In this document: one piece after another, positions 26,607 to 37,352 of the stretch
Numbering within the stretch: the first letter of the stretch is position 1
How the letters are laid out: each line of letters opens with the position of its first letter
Assembly: GCA_963823665.1 (NCBI GenBank)
Contig: CAWGMQ010000005.1
Location: 640,001-704,000, forward strand
DNA: 64,000 nucleotides
Direction of reading: 5' to 3'
From: an uncultured Planctomycetota bacterium
GTDB taxonomy: Bacteria; Planctomycetota; Planctomycetia; Isosphaerales; Isosphaeraceae
Notes under the pieces: generated by a model
The model's input: only the letters and a program-made list of their open reading frames with translations
Told to the model about the DNA's origin: nothing
Databases searched by the model: none
Program-made: the position numbers and the translations under genes

Positions 26607-27476
26607 TCAGGAGATCCTCACCGACAACCGAGCACCTCCGCGGCACGACGATTGGAAAAACCCCTCGTACTGCTCCGCCAGCTTGTCCCCATCCCAGCGC
26701 TTCGCCTCCGCCAGCGCCCGTCGCCGGTGCTCCGCCTCGAATTCAGGATCGTCCCACAGCCGCTCGATCACGGCCACCCACGGCGCCACCTCCTGCGAGG
26801 TCGGCACTACGCTGCTCGCCGGCGTGCACCGATCGGGGACGGTAAACACGAACCCGGCATCGCCCAGGGTCTCAGGCAAAGCTCCGCGATCGCTGGCCAG
26901 CACCGGTATGCCGTTCGCCATCGCTTCGATCGGCACGCGGCCGAGCGATTCGCGCCAGAGCGACGGCATGAGCACAACCCTGCTCACCCGATAGAAATCA
27001 CGCGGATCGGGCGTATTCGCCATGCGGTGCAGGTTGGTCAGCCCCGAGAGATCGACCGGCAACCCCGCCAGTCCGTCAGCGGTACCGCGGCCTTCGACGA
27101 CCAGCAGCGGAATATCCAGCCGCCGTCGGCCAAGCTCCAGCGCAATCCGCGCGAAGACCGTAGCCCCTTTCTCAGGTTGAGGATTGATGAACGTCACGTA
27201 TTGCGGCTCGCGGTTCTCGGCAATTTCGAGGTCGAAGACCTCGGCCTCCCCTCCACGGCTGAGCGCCGCGCCCGACCGCGCCGTCGGCCTCTCGACCGAA
27301 GCGAGCACATTCTCGATAGGCGTCTCATTCTGATAGTCAATCACGCCGCAAGTGAACGCGCGGCAGTCCCATCCGCGCCCCGCCAGCAATTCCAGCAGCT
27401 CACGCGTCGCGAGCACCGCCCCGCTCAACGGATCGAGATGGCTGTGAATGGAAGCAAACAAAAAGCGATGCCCCAT
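26607..27476 (-). pseudogene. Glycosyltransferase family 4, apparently with an internal deletion
   Basis: C-domain intact (TFINPQPEKG, VLMPSLWRESLGRVPIEAMANGIPVLASDRGALPE). The N-domain is only about 85 aa and joins abruptly at EIAENRE/PQYV. Confidence 0.65.
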
Positions 27477-27510
27477 GTCGAGCCCCTCAGAGAAAAACGC
27501 AGAAACATGT

Positions 27511-27647
27511 CAGGTCCGCCGTTGCGGACCATCCGGCCCCATCAGAGTCATGAACGGCAAGACCCACGTAGGGTCCGCCGTTGCGGACCATCTGCCCCCA
27601 CCAGAGCGAGGAAGGCAAGAATGCTGTAGGGTCCGCCATTGCGGGCC
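27511..27647. repeat. Three REP-like palindromes GTAGGGTCCGCCGTTGCGGACC in a 58-59 bp tandem unit
   Basis: GGTCCGC...GCGGACC hairpin cores at 27513, 27572 and 27630. GTAG precedes copies 2 and 3; the intervening sequences resemble each other. Confidence 0.75.
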
Positions 27648-28212
27648 GAACGAATGCGTAGACCCAGCCCGTCGCGTTCAAGCTCGCTGCGCCCGAGAAC
27701 TTGACCACGGTCGTGAGACTTTGGTTCGGACGGGGAACCCCCAACCTCGCACGTTAGTGCGATCCCCCGCCCCACCCGCCCGCTTGCCGTTTTCCAGCTC
27801 GGACAAGACGTTCGCGTATCATGGGGATATCCCGCTCTATGGAACGAGGGAGGAAGGGACTCTGGAACTCGTCCTGCGCTACACCCCACGGGAGGCTGGA
27901 GTGGATTCGCTGGAGGATCATCCCAAAGCAAACCGCGCTCTCCTCATCGAGCGAGGAGCATTTTAAGTCTTGAACAGGAGAGCGTTCGCTTGACAGTGAT
28001 TGAAGGACACACACGATCGGTGCTCGCGGCTCAACTTCGGTCCCTCGGACTAATCAAACGGCAATGGGAGATGGTCGTTTATGATGTGGCGCAAAGGCTC
28101 GGATCTCTGCTGTCGCACTGGAACGATGAAGTCTTTCGACACACGATCATGGTGCTGGCCACCGAAGAGGCGTCCTTCTGGGAACCGCGCACTGCCAGTC
28201 TGGAAATGCGTT

Positions 28213-28307
28213 CGTCGCTCGTCCAACAGCGTGTGGCCCGCAGCACTGGCGTAGGCCAGATATACACCCATTTGGCAGTTGTCGATCTTGCCGGTTGCTC
28301 CGGGAAG
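28213..28307 (-). mobile_element. IS701-family transposase fragment
   Basis: GATGKIDNCQMGVYLAYASAAGHTLLDER matches the GKxxNCQxGVxLxYA motif of IS701 transposases. Only about 30 codons remain. Confidence 0.75.
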
Positions 28308-28445
28308 CGAATGCAATTGTCACATAATTTTAACACAAGTGACATTCGCTCTTATATATTCTAATGGCGGTGCTGATGAACCTGCTCCGTTGAGTGGCCG
28401 GCGACCCGGGTCGGATCAATTCGCCCTTCCGGATTCGCACGTGCG

Positions 28446-29476
28446 TCAGTACTGATCAGCACTAATGCACTCGCCGCCGCTTCGCGTCGACAGCGCCTGC
28501 CAGACGCCGAGCTTCGCGCCGGGGATGATGTAGGGAGCACCGGTGTTCGAATTCTCGCCCAGGTAGAGGGGCCAACAACCGGTTCCATCCATCGGCCACG
28601 AATCGATCGAGTTTTTGATGAACTTCACCGAGCCGTCTCCAAACGTGCAATTGGCCCCGCCGGGATGAAGGCTATTTACATTGACGAATTGGAGGAACGC
28701 CGTGTTGTAGTTGGGAGGCGCGCGGCGCCGACCAAGGTGTCCACGCCGTCACCGCAGGTCCACCATTGAGACGCTCCCGTGTCGGCGGTCTCGCCGAAGA
28801 GCAGCGTGTTGCTCAGGCCGTCGCTGACCTGGGCCACGCGCACCGAGCTCAGCGCGTAGACTAGCCCGAGCTGGGCGATCCGTTTCGCCTCCCCCGGCAT
28901 GAGCTGGTCAAGCGTGCCAGGGACGAGGTTGAAGAGGTCCCACTCCCACGGGCCGGTGATGGCCGAATAGCTGTTGCCCCAGTAGTAACCCTGGACCATT
29001 TGGCCCGAGTTTGTCACATTGGAAATCGCGCAGCCCGTCGTTACTCCATAGTCGCTCGGGCACCATAGCGTTGCGATGCCGATTGCCCAGAGCGTGTTGT
29101 TTTCCCAGTTCGCGTTCATCAGGGACAGGTTGGCGGCATTGTACGTCGTTTGCTGCTCCAACTGGGGTAAGAGCCGCACGAACACGCTGAAATCCTGGTT
29201 GAGCGAGTTCATGGCGATGGAATAACCGCGCGGGAAACAGCCAGGCGGCAGGCAGCCGTTGATCGACTCGTAACTGGCGACCGCCAGGCCGAGCTGCTTC
29301 AAGTTGCTCTTGCACTGGAGACACCGGGCCGCCTCGCGCGCGTATTGCACAGCCGGCAATAGCAAAGCCACCGCGATCCCGATGATCGCGAGCACCACCA
29401 AAAGCTCGATCAGCGTAAAACCGAACCTTTGCCCTGTCCGCCGACGTACTGGATTGGCAGCGGGATGCGATGTCAT
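28446..29476 (-). CDS. DUF1559 prepilin-type N-terminal cleavage/methylation domain protein (frameshift near 28720)
   Basis: [45 protein letters not shown] and [12 protein letters not shown]. The C-terminus [20 protein letters not shown]...[12 protein letters not shown] is in a second frame. Confidence 0.9.
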
Positions 29477-29784
29477 CGGGCCAGACCTCCTGCCTTCCGA
29501 TCTCGTCCTTGCACGCGACGAGGTGCAATCGCGTGGGACTATACGAAATTCGTATCCAACGGACAAGGCCGCCGGAACTGGTAGAATCGAACGGAACATT
29601 TGATCCAGAAAGCACTTTGGGCCAGTGGCGGGAAAAACGTAAGCTGCGATCGGGCCTCTCCGGTCGGTTTCAGAGCGGTTCCTGGGCTCGCGAATCGTCA
29701 AAAAAGTGTATCGAGCAGGCCCTGGGCAAAGACTAAGTGATACGGGGACAAAAAGTCCGGGGCTCGTCAACGGAGTGGCGACGC

Positions 29785-32700
29785 ATGGCAGGGGGGCGAT
29801 CGGGCGACCTGTCTAAGCACCTATCCAGTGTGTTCCGGGTCGGAACACTGGTGGGCGTGCCGGACGCTCAGTTGTTGCAGCGATTCGTCGCCGGCCGCGA
29901 CGAGGTCGGCGAGGCGGCCTTCCGCGCGCTGGTGGAGCGGCACGGCCCGATGGTGCTGCGCGTGTGCCAGAGCGTCCTCGGCGATCGCCATGATGCGGAG
30001 GACGCGTTCCAGGTCACGTTTCTGATCCTGGCTCGCAAGGCGGGGTCGATCCGAAATCATCGATCCGTGGGGAGCTGGGTGCACGGTGTGGCTCGTCGCG
30101 TCGCGCTTCGAGCCCAGTCCGAGGCCCGGCGCCGGCTCGCTCGCGAAACGAAGGTGGCCAAGGGAGCGAAGATGGCGTCGCCGTCACTAGAACCCGGCGA
30201 AGATCACGGCGAATCGGCGCGTGCACTCCACCAGGAGATCACGCGCCTGCCGGAGAAATACCGGGCGCCGATCGTGCTCTGCTATCTGGAAGGGATGACG
30301 CATGAGCAGGCCGCGCGTGAGCTAGGCTGGCCGGTTGGAACAGTGCGCGGACGTCTGGCACGGGCGCGTGGGTTGCTTCGAACCCGCCTCACCCGCCGCG
30401 GGCTGGCACTTTCTGCCGGGCTCGTGGCCGCAGGATCATTGCCCGAGACGGCGTCCGCGGCGCTGCCCGGGGTCTTGGTAGAGGCGACGGTGCGGGCCGC
30501 GCTCAGCTCGGCGACGGCCGGCTTCTCGACGCTAACCGTGACGATCCTTCTCCGGGCCGTGCTCAGGAACATGGCCTTTGTTCGACTGGTGCGGTTGACA
30601 GTGCCTGTGCTGATCATCGCCCTTGTTACTGCTAGCGCGGCCATGCTCGCGTATTCAAGCGGAACGAAGCTCTCCGGAGAGCAAGACCTTGCCGCAGAGA
30701 TCAAACGGGGCTCACCGCCGGCCCCGACCGACCTGGCCGGCGACCCGCTGCCCGCTGGCGCCCTGGCACGGCTGGGCACAACCCGCTTTCTCCATGCGGC
30801 CAGTCCGACCCAGATCGCTTATTCGCCTGATGGTGCAACCCTGGCTTCTTTTGACGGTACCTTGTATCTCTGGGACCCGTTGACGGGGCGCGAACGCCTT
30901 CGCATCGAGACAGGTGCGGGCAACGGAATGGGCCATGTCCAGTTCGCTTACGCCCCCGATGGCCGGACCTTGGCTGTCAAGGCTCAAGAGGTGCGCGACG
31001 ATATCGTCTCAGGGGAAGGGCGAAAGGTCTTCGATTGGATCGGCCTCTATGAGCCCAGAACCGGCCATGAGATCCGGCGATTCGAGGGAAGCGGGATGCC
31101 GGATGGCCTTGCATTCTCGCCGGACGGTCAAGTGCTCGCGGGGGCCGGCTCCATCGACGGGAAGTCCTTCATCACTCTTTGGGACGTCGCCTCGGGCCGC
31201 GTGATCCGACGCATCAGCCCCTTACCGAATGCGCCGCCTCGGCCGCTGGCGTTCCTGCCCGATGGCAAGGTCTTGATCTCGTGCGTCTCTTGGCGGAAAG
31301 CGGAGTCCAAATATGACAACCTACCCGGGCGCGCCCGAGGAGAGCGCGATCTACCTCTGGGAGGTCGCCACCGGGAAGCAGATCAGACGTATCGGGATCG
31401 GAAAGACAACGATCAATGAGGCCGTGCTTGCTCCCGACGGCAAGACTGTGGCCACGGGCGCGGCCGACAAGACGATCCGGCTCTGGGACCTGGTCACGGG
31501 CCTGCAACTGTCCAAGTTCGGAGGAGGCGACAACGAGCCAGGCCACCTTGCGTTCTCGCCCGACGGCACGACGCTGGCGTCGACGGAACGGACGATCTTC
31601 TCGACGAACTTCTGGAAGAGTCCGCCCGTGACACCGATCCATATCTGGGACACGGCCACGGGCCGCGAGCTTCGCCACTGGGAGACGGACAACGGCAGTC
31701 GTGTCTGCTTCTCGCCGGACGGTACGACGCTGGCCTCGGTGGCGAGCCAGGTCATCCGGCTCTGGGAGGTGGCGACCGGCCGAGAGATTCGGCCTCAGAC
31801 GACGGGCCATCACTCAGCAATCGGGGACGCTGTCTTCACACCCGATGGCCAATCCATCGTGACCGCTGGTCACGACCGGACCATCCGCTTCTGGGACGCT
31901 GGCACTGGAAGAGAGATCCGTCAGCTCGAGGGTAGCAGCGGCGCTATCGGGTTCGCGTCATTGTCCGCCGACGGCAAGTCGTTGGCGACCGGCTACGGCT
32001 TCCAGCCCACTCGGCTCTGGGACGTCACCTCGGGGCGCGAGCTTCGCCAATTTCAAATGCCCGGCAAGCCTGACGATCAGTTTGTCTCATGCGCGGACCT
32101 GTCGCCGACGGCAGAACCCTCGCCACGTCGGCGAACGACGGCGTCATCTTCTGGGACACGGACGACGGGCGTGCAGAGGGCCGGCGTGGCCAGGTCCGCG
32201 CTCGCTCCGACTCGCGTCACCACGCTCGTCAAAGCGCTGCGGTTCGCTCCGGACGGTGGGTCCGTGGCCACGATCGGCGGCCACTGGATCCGGATCTGGG
32301 ACGTGGCGACGGCCAGGGAAACGCGCCGAATCGTGATGCCGAACTGCGCCACCTTGGCGGCCAGGGGCTCCCCCCAGACCGCCGATCGAGGTCGTCGGTC
32401 GTGGTGCCTATCTCGCGTTTTCGCCCGACGGCAAAGTCCTCGCGGCGTCGAGCCAGCAAGACGGCCAGATCTGCCTGCTCGACATGGCGTCGGGCAAGGA
32501 GCTCGCCCGTCTCGAAGGACCTGGTGGCCTCGACAAGGCCATGGCCTTCTCGCCCGACGGCAAGATCCTGGCGACGGGAATCGCGACGGGCAAAAAACTC
32601 GGACCCGAAGTCTCCATCCGGTTGTGGGAAGTACCCGCGCGGCGGGACATTTGCCGCGTGCCAGCGCATCGTCGCGGGATCAGCGCGCTGGCCTTTTCCC

Positions 32701-32828
32701 CCGACGGCCGCCGCCTGCTCTCGGCGAGCGCAGACGCCACGGCCCTGGTCTGGGAGGTGGCCAACCTGATCGGACAGAAAACAACGCCGGCCGCCAATCG
32801 ACTGGGTGAAGGAGTCAGGAGGGAGTGA
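29785..32828 (+). CDS. ECF sigma-70 factor with TM segment and WD40-repeat C-terminal extension (several frameshifts at about 31330, 32105-32160, 32400)
   Basis: Sigma motifs [30 protein letters not shown] and [41 protein letters not shown]. Then [17 protein letters not shown] and many FSPDG..LA...IRLWD repeats. Confidence 0.88.
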
Positions 32829-32968
32829 GGCGCAACCGCCTCCGCGGACGGCCGAATTGGCCCCCAGCCGTCTGAATCTCGAGGAAAACGGGGCATGGAT
32901 ACGACGGACTGAACATCCCACCGGGCTTGTGACCCGGTTATTGCAAGGAAGATTGGAGCGAAGTCGCA

Positions 32969-33676
32969 ATGACACGTCGGAAAGCGTTTCGTCCTGCTCT
33001 CGGTGAGGCTCTGGAAGACCGAATCGCCTTGAGTGCCACGGCCGCAGCCGTCGGCCACCATGTCCGCCCAGGCCGCGGCAGTCTCGTCCGCGACGACCAC
33101 CACGCCAACCTCACCATCTTACGACGAGTTGACGACGACGTATGCCAACGGCGATGCCGGCACGATAGTCGGATGTCGGCGAAATCACCGGCACGACAGA
33201 GACCGAGTATCGACTGATCGTGCCGACCGGCAACAACACGAGCACGACCACGGAGTCGATCACTCTCCCCGGCACAGCCGGCGACGAAAAGGTCGTCGAC
33301 GTCTCGACCACGCAGGGGAACACCACAACCCAGAATATCACGACGACCCTGCCCGACGGCACGGTCACCACCAAGACCCAGACCCAGGTTAAACAGGGCA
33401 AGAAGTCCCTCTTCGAGCGCATCCCTCGATACGCCCGGAGTGGGTATTCAGACCACAAAGGGCACGATTATCCACAGCGGTCAGAAGACGATCACGAACG
33501 AGAAGATCACCACCGCCGGCGGCAAGGTCTATCACCTTCACCGGATCGTGACCCGGACCAGTCCGCTCGAATCGAGCGCGACCAGCACGACCACGGGACC
33601 CAATGGGGCCGTCACGAACCAGGTGAAGTCGACCACGACCATCACACCGCTGCCATTGCCTGCGAACGACACTTGA
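32969..33676 (+). CDS. Small Thr-rich secreted protein with LEPR-xLL motif (multiple frameshifts)
   Basis: MTRRKAFRPALGEALEDRIALSA, followed by Thr-rich beta-strand segments spread over ORFs 33033.., 33220.. and 33440..33676. Confidence 0.6.
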
Positions 33677-33850
33677 CCAACGTCAGCCGGGGGCGCTCCG
33701 CCACTGGGATTCCGTGATCGGGATTCTTGCGGAGGGAGCGCCCGCCCGGCCGTTTGATCGCACGAAATCGACTCGACCGATCACTCGCTGACGCACTTTG
33801 CGGCCGGCGAAGCGGTTGGTCCGAACTCTCCGTCATTTTCGAGGAAGGGA

Positions 33851-35075
33851 ATGAAGATGATGACCCATATCATGGATCGGACGCAGGGACGCCGGAACAT
33901 CACACTATCCGCGATTTTCGGCCTGATTCTGATGGCGCCGGCCGCGAGCGAGGCCGGAAAGATAGCGAGCTTCGACACCGCGGACGCCCTGCGCGAGGTC
34001 GCGACCGCCAGCTCGTCACCCCTCTCGAACAGTGCCATCGTCGAGATCCTCAATGCCGGCACACCGGTCTCTGAAACCACGACAACGACTTACAGCGACG
34101 GCACCACCCAAACCGCCCTCCTGCTGATCGTTCCCAATACGACCGCCGGCACTGTCACGACCACCAAGGACATCAATCTGGCTGATGGTGAAACGGAGAC
34201 GGTCGTCGACGTGGCGACCGTGTCCGGGAACACGACCAAGAACGTCATCACGACGACCTTGCCCGACGGCTCGGTCCAGACCAAGCACGAGAACCGACGT
34301 CACCAAGGGGGAGACGACGGCAATCAAGGGGACGGTCTCCCTGCCCGGAGGCGGCACACAAACCATCACCGGCGGAACAGTCCAGCGCAGTTCGCAGTCC
34401 GTCACCGCCGAGACGATCACCAATCCCGCCGGCCAGGTTTATCACGATCGTATTGTCATCACGCACACTGGCGCGCTCAGCCAAAGCGAGACGAATATGA
34501 CCATTGGCCCCGACGGCTCGGTCTCGTCCGTGAAGTCCGTCATGACTACGGTGCTGAATCCGAGCGCGGTGGGGCAGAGTGCCGCTCCAACGTACCTCGG
34601 AATCCCCACTCCCGCGGTGCAGGCTCTCAATCTCGAGGCGCAGATGCTGGCGCCGCCGAGCGCGACCACTGATGAGCCAACGGTGCAGCCGGTCGCACTC
34701 CCGGAGCCGAGTACGCTGACTTTCCTGGGTATGGTTCTCCTGGCCGCGGGACTGCGTCGCGGATGGCAGAGGATAGCCTTCATCAACGCCGCCCGCGCTG
34801 AGATTATCAATTATCTGGCGGTGCGTAACGGACAGCATGCCGCCGAACAAACCAGACCGGTAAGCAGCTTGCACCCCGAACAACTCGCCCAGGCGAGAAG
34901 GGAACAGGCTGCCCCCGGTGCGGCCAGTAGGCCGATCCTTCCCACGTCGCCGTGCCCAGCGTCGGAAAGGAGACTAGTATTCCGTCAATCTTCGATTGAC
35001 ACGTTTGGTGGGATGACCGACGAGTGCCGCGCTGGCGCAATCAATCAAGGCGCCCGCCTCCGCCAGGGAGTATGA
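33851..35075 (+). CDS. Thr-rich PEP-CTERM protein (frameshift near 34290; true stop uncertain)
   Basis: Signal peptide (ITLSAIFGLILMAPAASEA) and a Thr-rich domain, then VALPEPSTLTFLGMVLLAAGLRRGWQR at about 34690-34770. The reading frame runs on beyond the expected end. Confidence 0.7.
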
Positions 35076-35096
35076 TAGACGACCGGAGGTGCACCT

Positions 35097-35669
35097 ATGC
35101 GACGCTTCACCATCCTCGAACTTATGGGGCTGGTCCTCGGCTTGGCGGTCGCCATCGCGGCACTGAGAAACGCGGACGACCACTGGGCTGGTGGCCTGCT
35201 GCTGGCCACGGCCCTACTCATCGGCGTGGCTGCGCTCGGCGCCGTCTATCATGCCGGCCGACGGAGTGCCGGACGGCTGGGCTTCGCGGTCTTCGGCGGG
35301 GGATACTTCGCCCTGGCGTTCTTGGGGCTGTCCGAGCCAAACGTGACCAAGCTGCCGACGACACGGTTGCTGCGCTACGTCCATGAGAAGGTCGCGCCCA
35401 CGCCGTTCGTTTACACCGCGATTCTTCACTCCACCGTGCCGACGAGTGGGGCCACGTCAACCGTGAGCAATCCCGTTCACCACCAGGTAGCCTGGGAGTA
35501 CACCACCGTCTCGCCGAACCGTTGGGACTCGATGCTTCCTGGCGCGGCGAACTACGACGCCTTCAGCGTCGTTGGGCACTGCCTGTTCGCCCTGCTGGCC
35601 GGGCTGCTGGGAATCGTCATCGCAACGAGGTACCTGGCAAGGCAAGATTCAGTCCGGTTCGACCAGTAA
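35097..35669 (+). CDS. Hypothetical membrane protein
   Basis: GGAGG ribosome-binding site upstream and about four hydrophobic segments (MRRFTILELMGLVLGLAVAIAAL..., LGFAVFGGGYFAL, VGHCLFALLAGLLG). Confidence 0.7.
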   Translation: MRRFTILELMGLVLGLAVAIAALRNADDHWAGGLLLATALLIGVAALGAVYHAGRRSAGRLGFAVFGGGYFALAFLGLSEPNVTKLPTTRLLRYVHEKVAPTPFVYTAILHSTVPTSGATSTVSNPVHHQVAWEYTTVSPNRWDSMLPGAANYDAFSVVGHCLFALLAGLLGIVIATRYLARQDSVRFDQ

Positions 35670-35734
35670 CCGAAACAGTATACGTAGTGTTCGCTTCCAT
35701 TCGCGCCGGTACGCCAGGCACCAAAGCGCGTCGC

Positions 35735-35843
35735 GGGAACCCAGACATCCAGTCTCTGGAGTGGGTTCCGGAGGGTTCCGAAGGCAGCCAGGCACACCTG
35801 ACCTGCACCGGTTCGCATCGCACGATTGCTGGGTGTCTTGCGG
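35735..35843. repeat. About 107-bp imperfect direct repeat, copy 1
   Basis: GGGAACCCAGACA...GCACCGGTT.GC.TC.C.CGAT.GCTGGGTG.CT.GCGG, shared with 36473..36578. Confidence 0.7.
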
Positions 35844-35879
35844 CCCTGGAAGGCGTCGGGCTAACGCGCGATGGCATGC

Positions 35880-35974
35880 GGAGGGATAACGCGGATCAGG
35901 GGGCGACTTCTCCACGGCCGTACGAGCACCCGTATTACTGGGCGGCTTACGTGCTGGCTGGTGATCCGGATTGA
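35880..35974 (+). pseudogene. C-terminal remnant of a CHAT (caspase-like) domain protein
   Basis: RPYEHPYYWAAYVLAGD matches the HPxxWAxFxxxG terminal CHAT motif. No upstream CHAT sequence is present. Confidence 0.7.
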
Positions 35975-36224
35975 TATGCGACCATCGCTTCAACGTCGAT
36001 GATCGCTTCCGTGAGTCAACTCGCCGATAAACAGTTATGTGGAAGGGTGACCTGCCGGCGTTCAAGTCCTCACGAGGAATCGCGCGATTGGCGACAATTT
36101 GGCAACAATACTGGCCGTGTCATCCCAACGCCACTACAATGCACCAGTGCTATGTTCGTGACGTTTACTCTCTCAAAAACTAGGTCTTCAAACGTCACTC
36201 CAACATGTTCCCAATGCCACGCTC

Positions 36225-36292
36225 ATGGCAGACGCGCCGGACTCAAAATCCGGTCCATGCTAGGGGTGTGGGCTCAAGTCCCACCCTCGGTA
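36225..36292 (+). tRNA. Truncated or pseudo tRNA-Leu(CAA), 3' portion only
   Basis: TGGCAGACGCG, anticodon arm CCGGA-CTCAAAA-TCCGG, long variable arm, T-arm GTGGG-CTCAAGT-CCCAC (C in place of T54) and 3' acceptor strand CCTCGGT-A. The 5' acceptor strand (GCCGAGG expected) is missing. Confidence 0.8.
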
Positions 36293-36472
36293 CTTGGTGC
36301 AAAATGCTGAGTGATCGGCTTCGAGTACGCGGCTTGTCCCACTTCGACTGACGCAGGACACTTTTTTCTCGAACGCGACGCGCGATAAAAATCGATGAGT
36401 CCGCATCAGTGACTCGCGACTGGACGAGGTTTCCCATGATCGCCCATGGTCGAGTGCAAAACGGCGTCATTG

Positions 36473-36578
36473 GGGAACCCAGACACCCACGCTCTGCAGT
36501 CGACAGTCGGTCCTCGGGAAAGCCAAACGCATTTGGCTCGCACCGGTTTGCGTCCCGCGATCGCTGGGTGCCTCGCGG
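36473..36578. repeat. About 107-bp imperfect direct repeat, copy 2
   Basis: Aligns by eye with 35735..35843. Confidence 0.7.
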
Positions 36579-36783
36579 ACGACGACGCGCAGCGCACGCG
36601 TTTTGCCACGCACGGTCAGCAACCGGGTGGGCTCGGCTACTTCGCCGGCGTTTTGCACGCGTCGGTTGCTGCGAACCGCTCCATATCGACGACCGTGCTT
36701 CGTCACTTGCCGCGCCGGCGAACGAAACGACGCAGCTTGGCCTCCATTCCAATCGAATTCGGCCTACGCCGCTGCGACCAGCG

Positions 36784-37245
36784 CTAGCGAGCGAGCCGCT
36801 TACCTACAGAAACGCGGCTTGCGCGGCCGCCTTGCCCAGAAACCAACGCCGTGAGCAACGCGGTGCAGCGCTCACAAGCGAACTCGCTCGACTCCGCTTG
36901 CTTGAACATGCGACCGAAGTCGCGCACCGTGTGCACCCAATTCGATCGATCCACACCAAGCCGGTCCAGGATGGGAGCCAGGTCTTGAGGGATTGCCCTA
37001 CGCATGTCCCGCCTCCCCGGCCCGTCCAATCGAACCGTCACGTTGCAGAGAGAGCTTGCGCCGCGCAGTGCGACTTCAGCGTCGGACCATTGCTCGACTC
37101 TGTCGGGTCGGTTGCGGAGCACGAGATGCAGGTGGTTGCTCATAATGGCATAACCGCACACCTCAATTCCGAAGAGTCCGGCGAGGGCGCGTAGGCGATC
37201 GAGAATCCAGGCCTTACGGTGAGAGTAATCACGACCCGCCGCTGG
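36784..37245 (-). mobile_element. Y1/HUH (REP-associated, RAYT-like) transposase remnant
   Basis: GRDYSHRKAWILDRLRALAGLFGIEVCGYAIMSNHLHLVL (HUH motif) and WSDAEVALR join directly to the C-terminal IPQDLAPILDRLGVD..NW. The central region is missing. Confidence 0.75.
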
Positions 37246-37352
37246 GCACGACGCCCACTGTCGCCGCGCTTGCGAAAGCGTGGAGGGGTCGGTAGCATCT
37301 CGGTGGTTTCGTTGATGCTTGAACCGATGGCCGAAGCGACAAGGAGGTTTGC

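Noticed and set aside
26230..26646. Small membrane protein ORF
   Set aside because: Only one hydrophobic stretch with no clear start or motif, so it could not be supported.
27511..27647. Mini CRISPR array (22-bp palindromic repeats with 36-37 bp spacers)
   Set aside because: The two spacers resemble each other (ATC.G.CCCCA.CAGAG...GGCAAGA), so this is a tandem REP unit. There are only three copies and no cas genes.
27800..28210. Possible gene fragments upstream of the IS701 remnant
   Set aside because: Protein-like composition but no family I can recognise; a translated search is needed.
36209..36295. Functional tRNA-Leu
   Set aside because: No 5' strand able to pair with CCTCGGT, and the T-loop is mutated.
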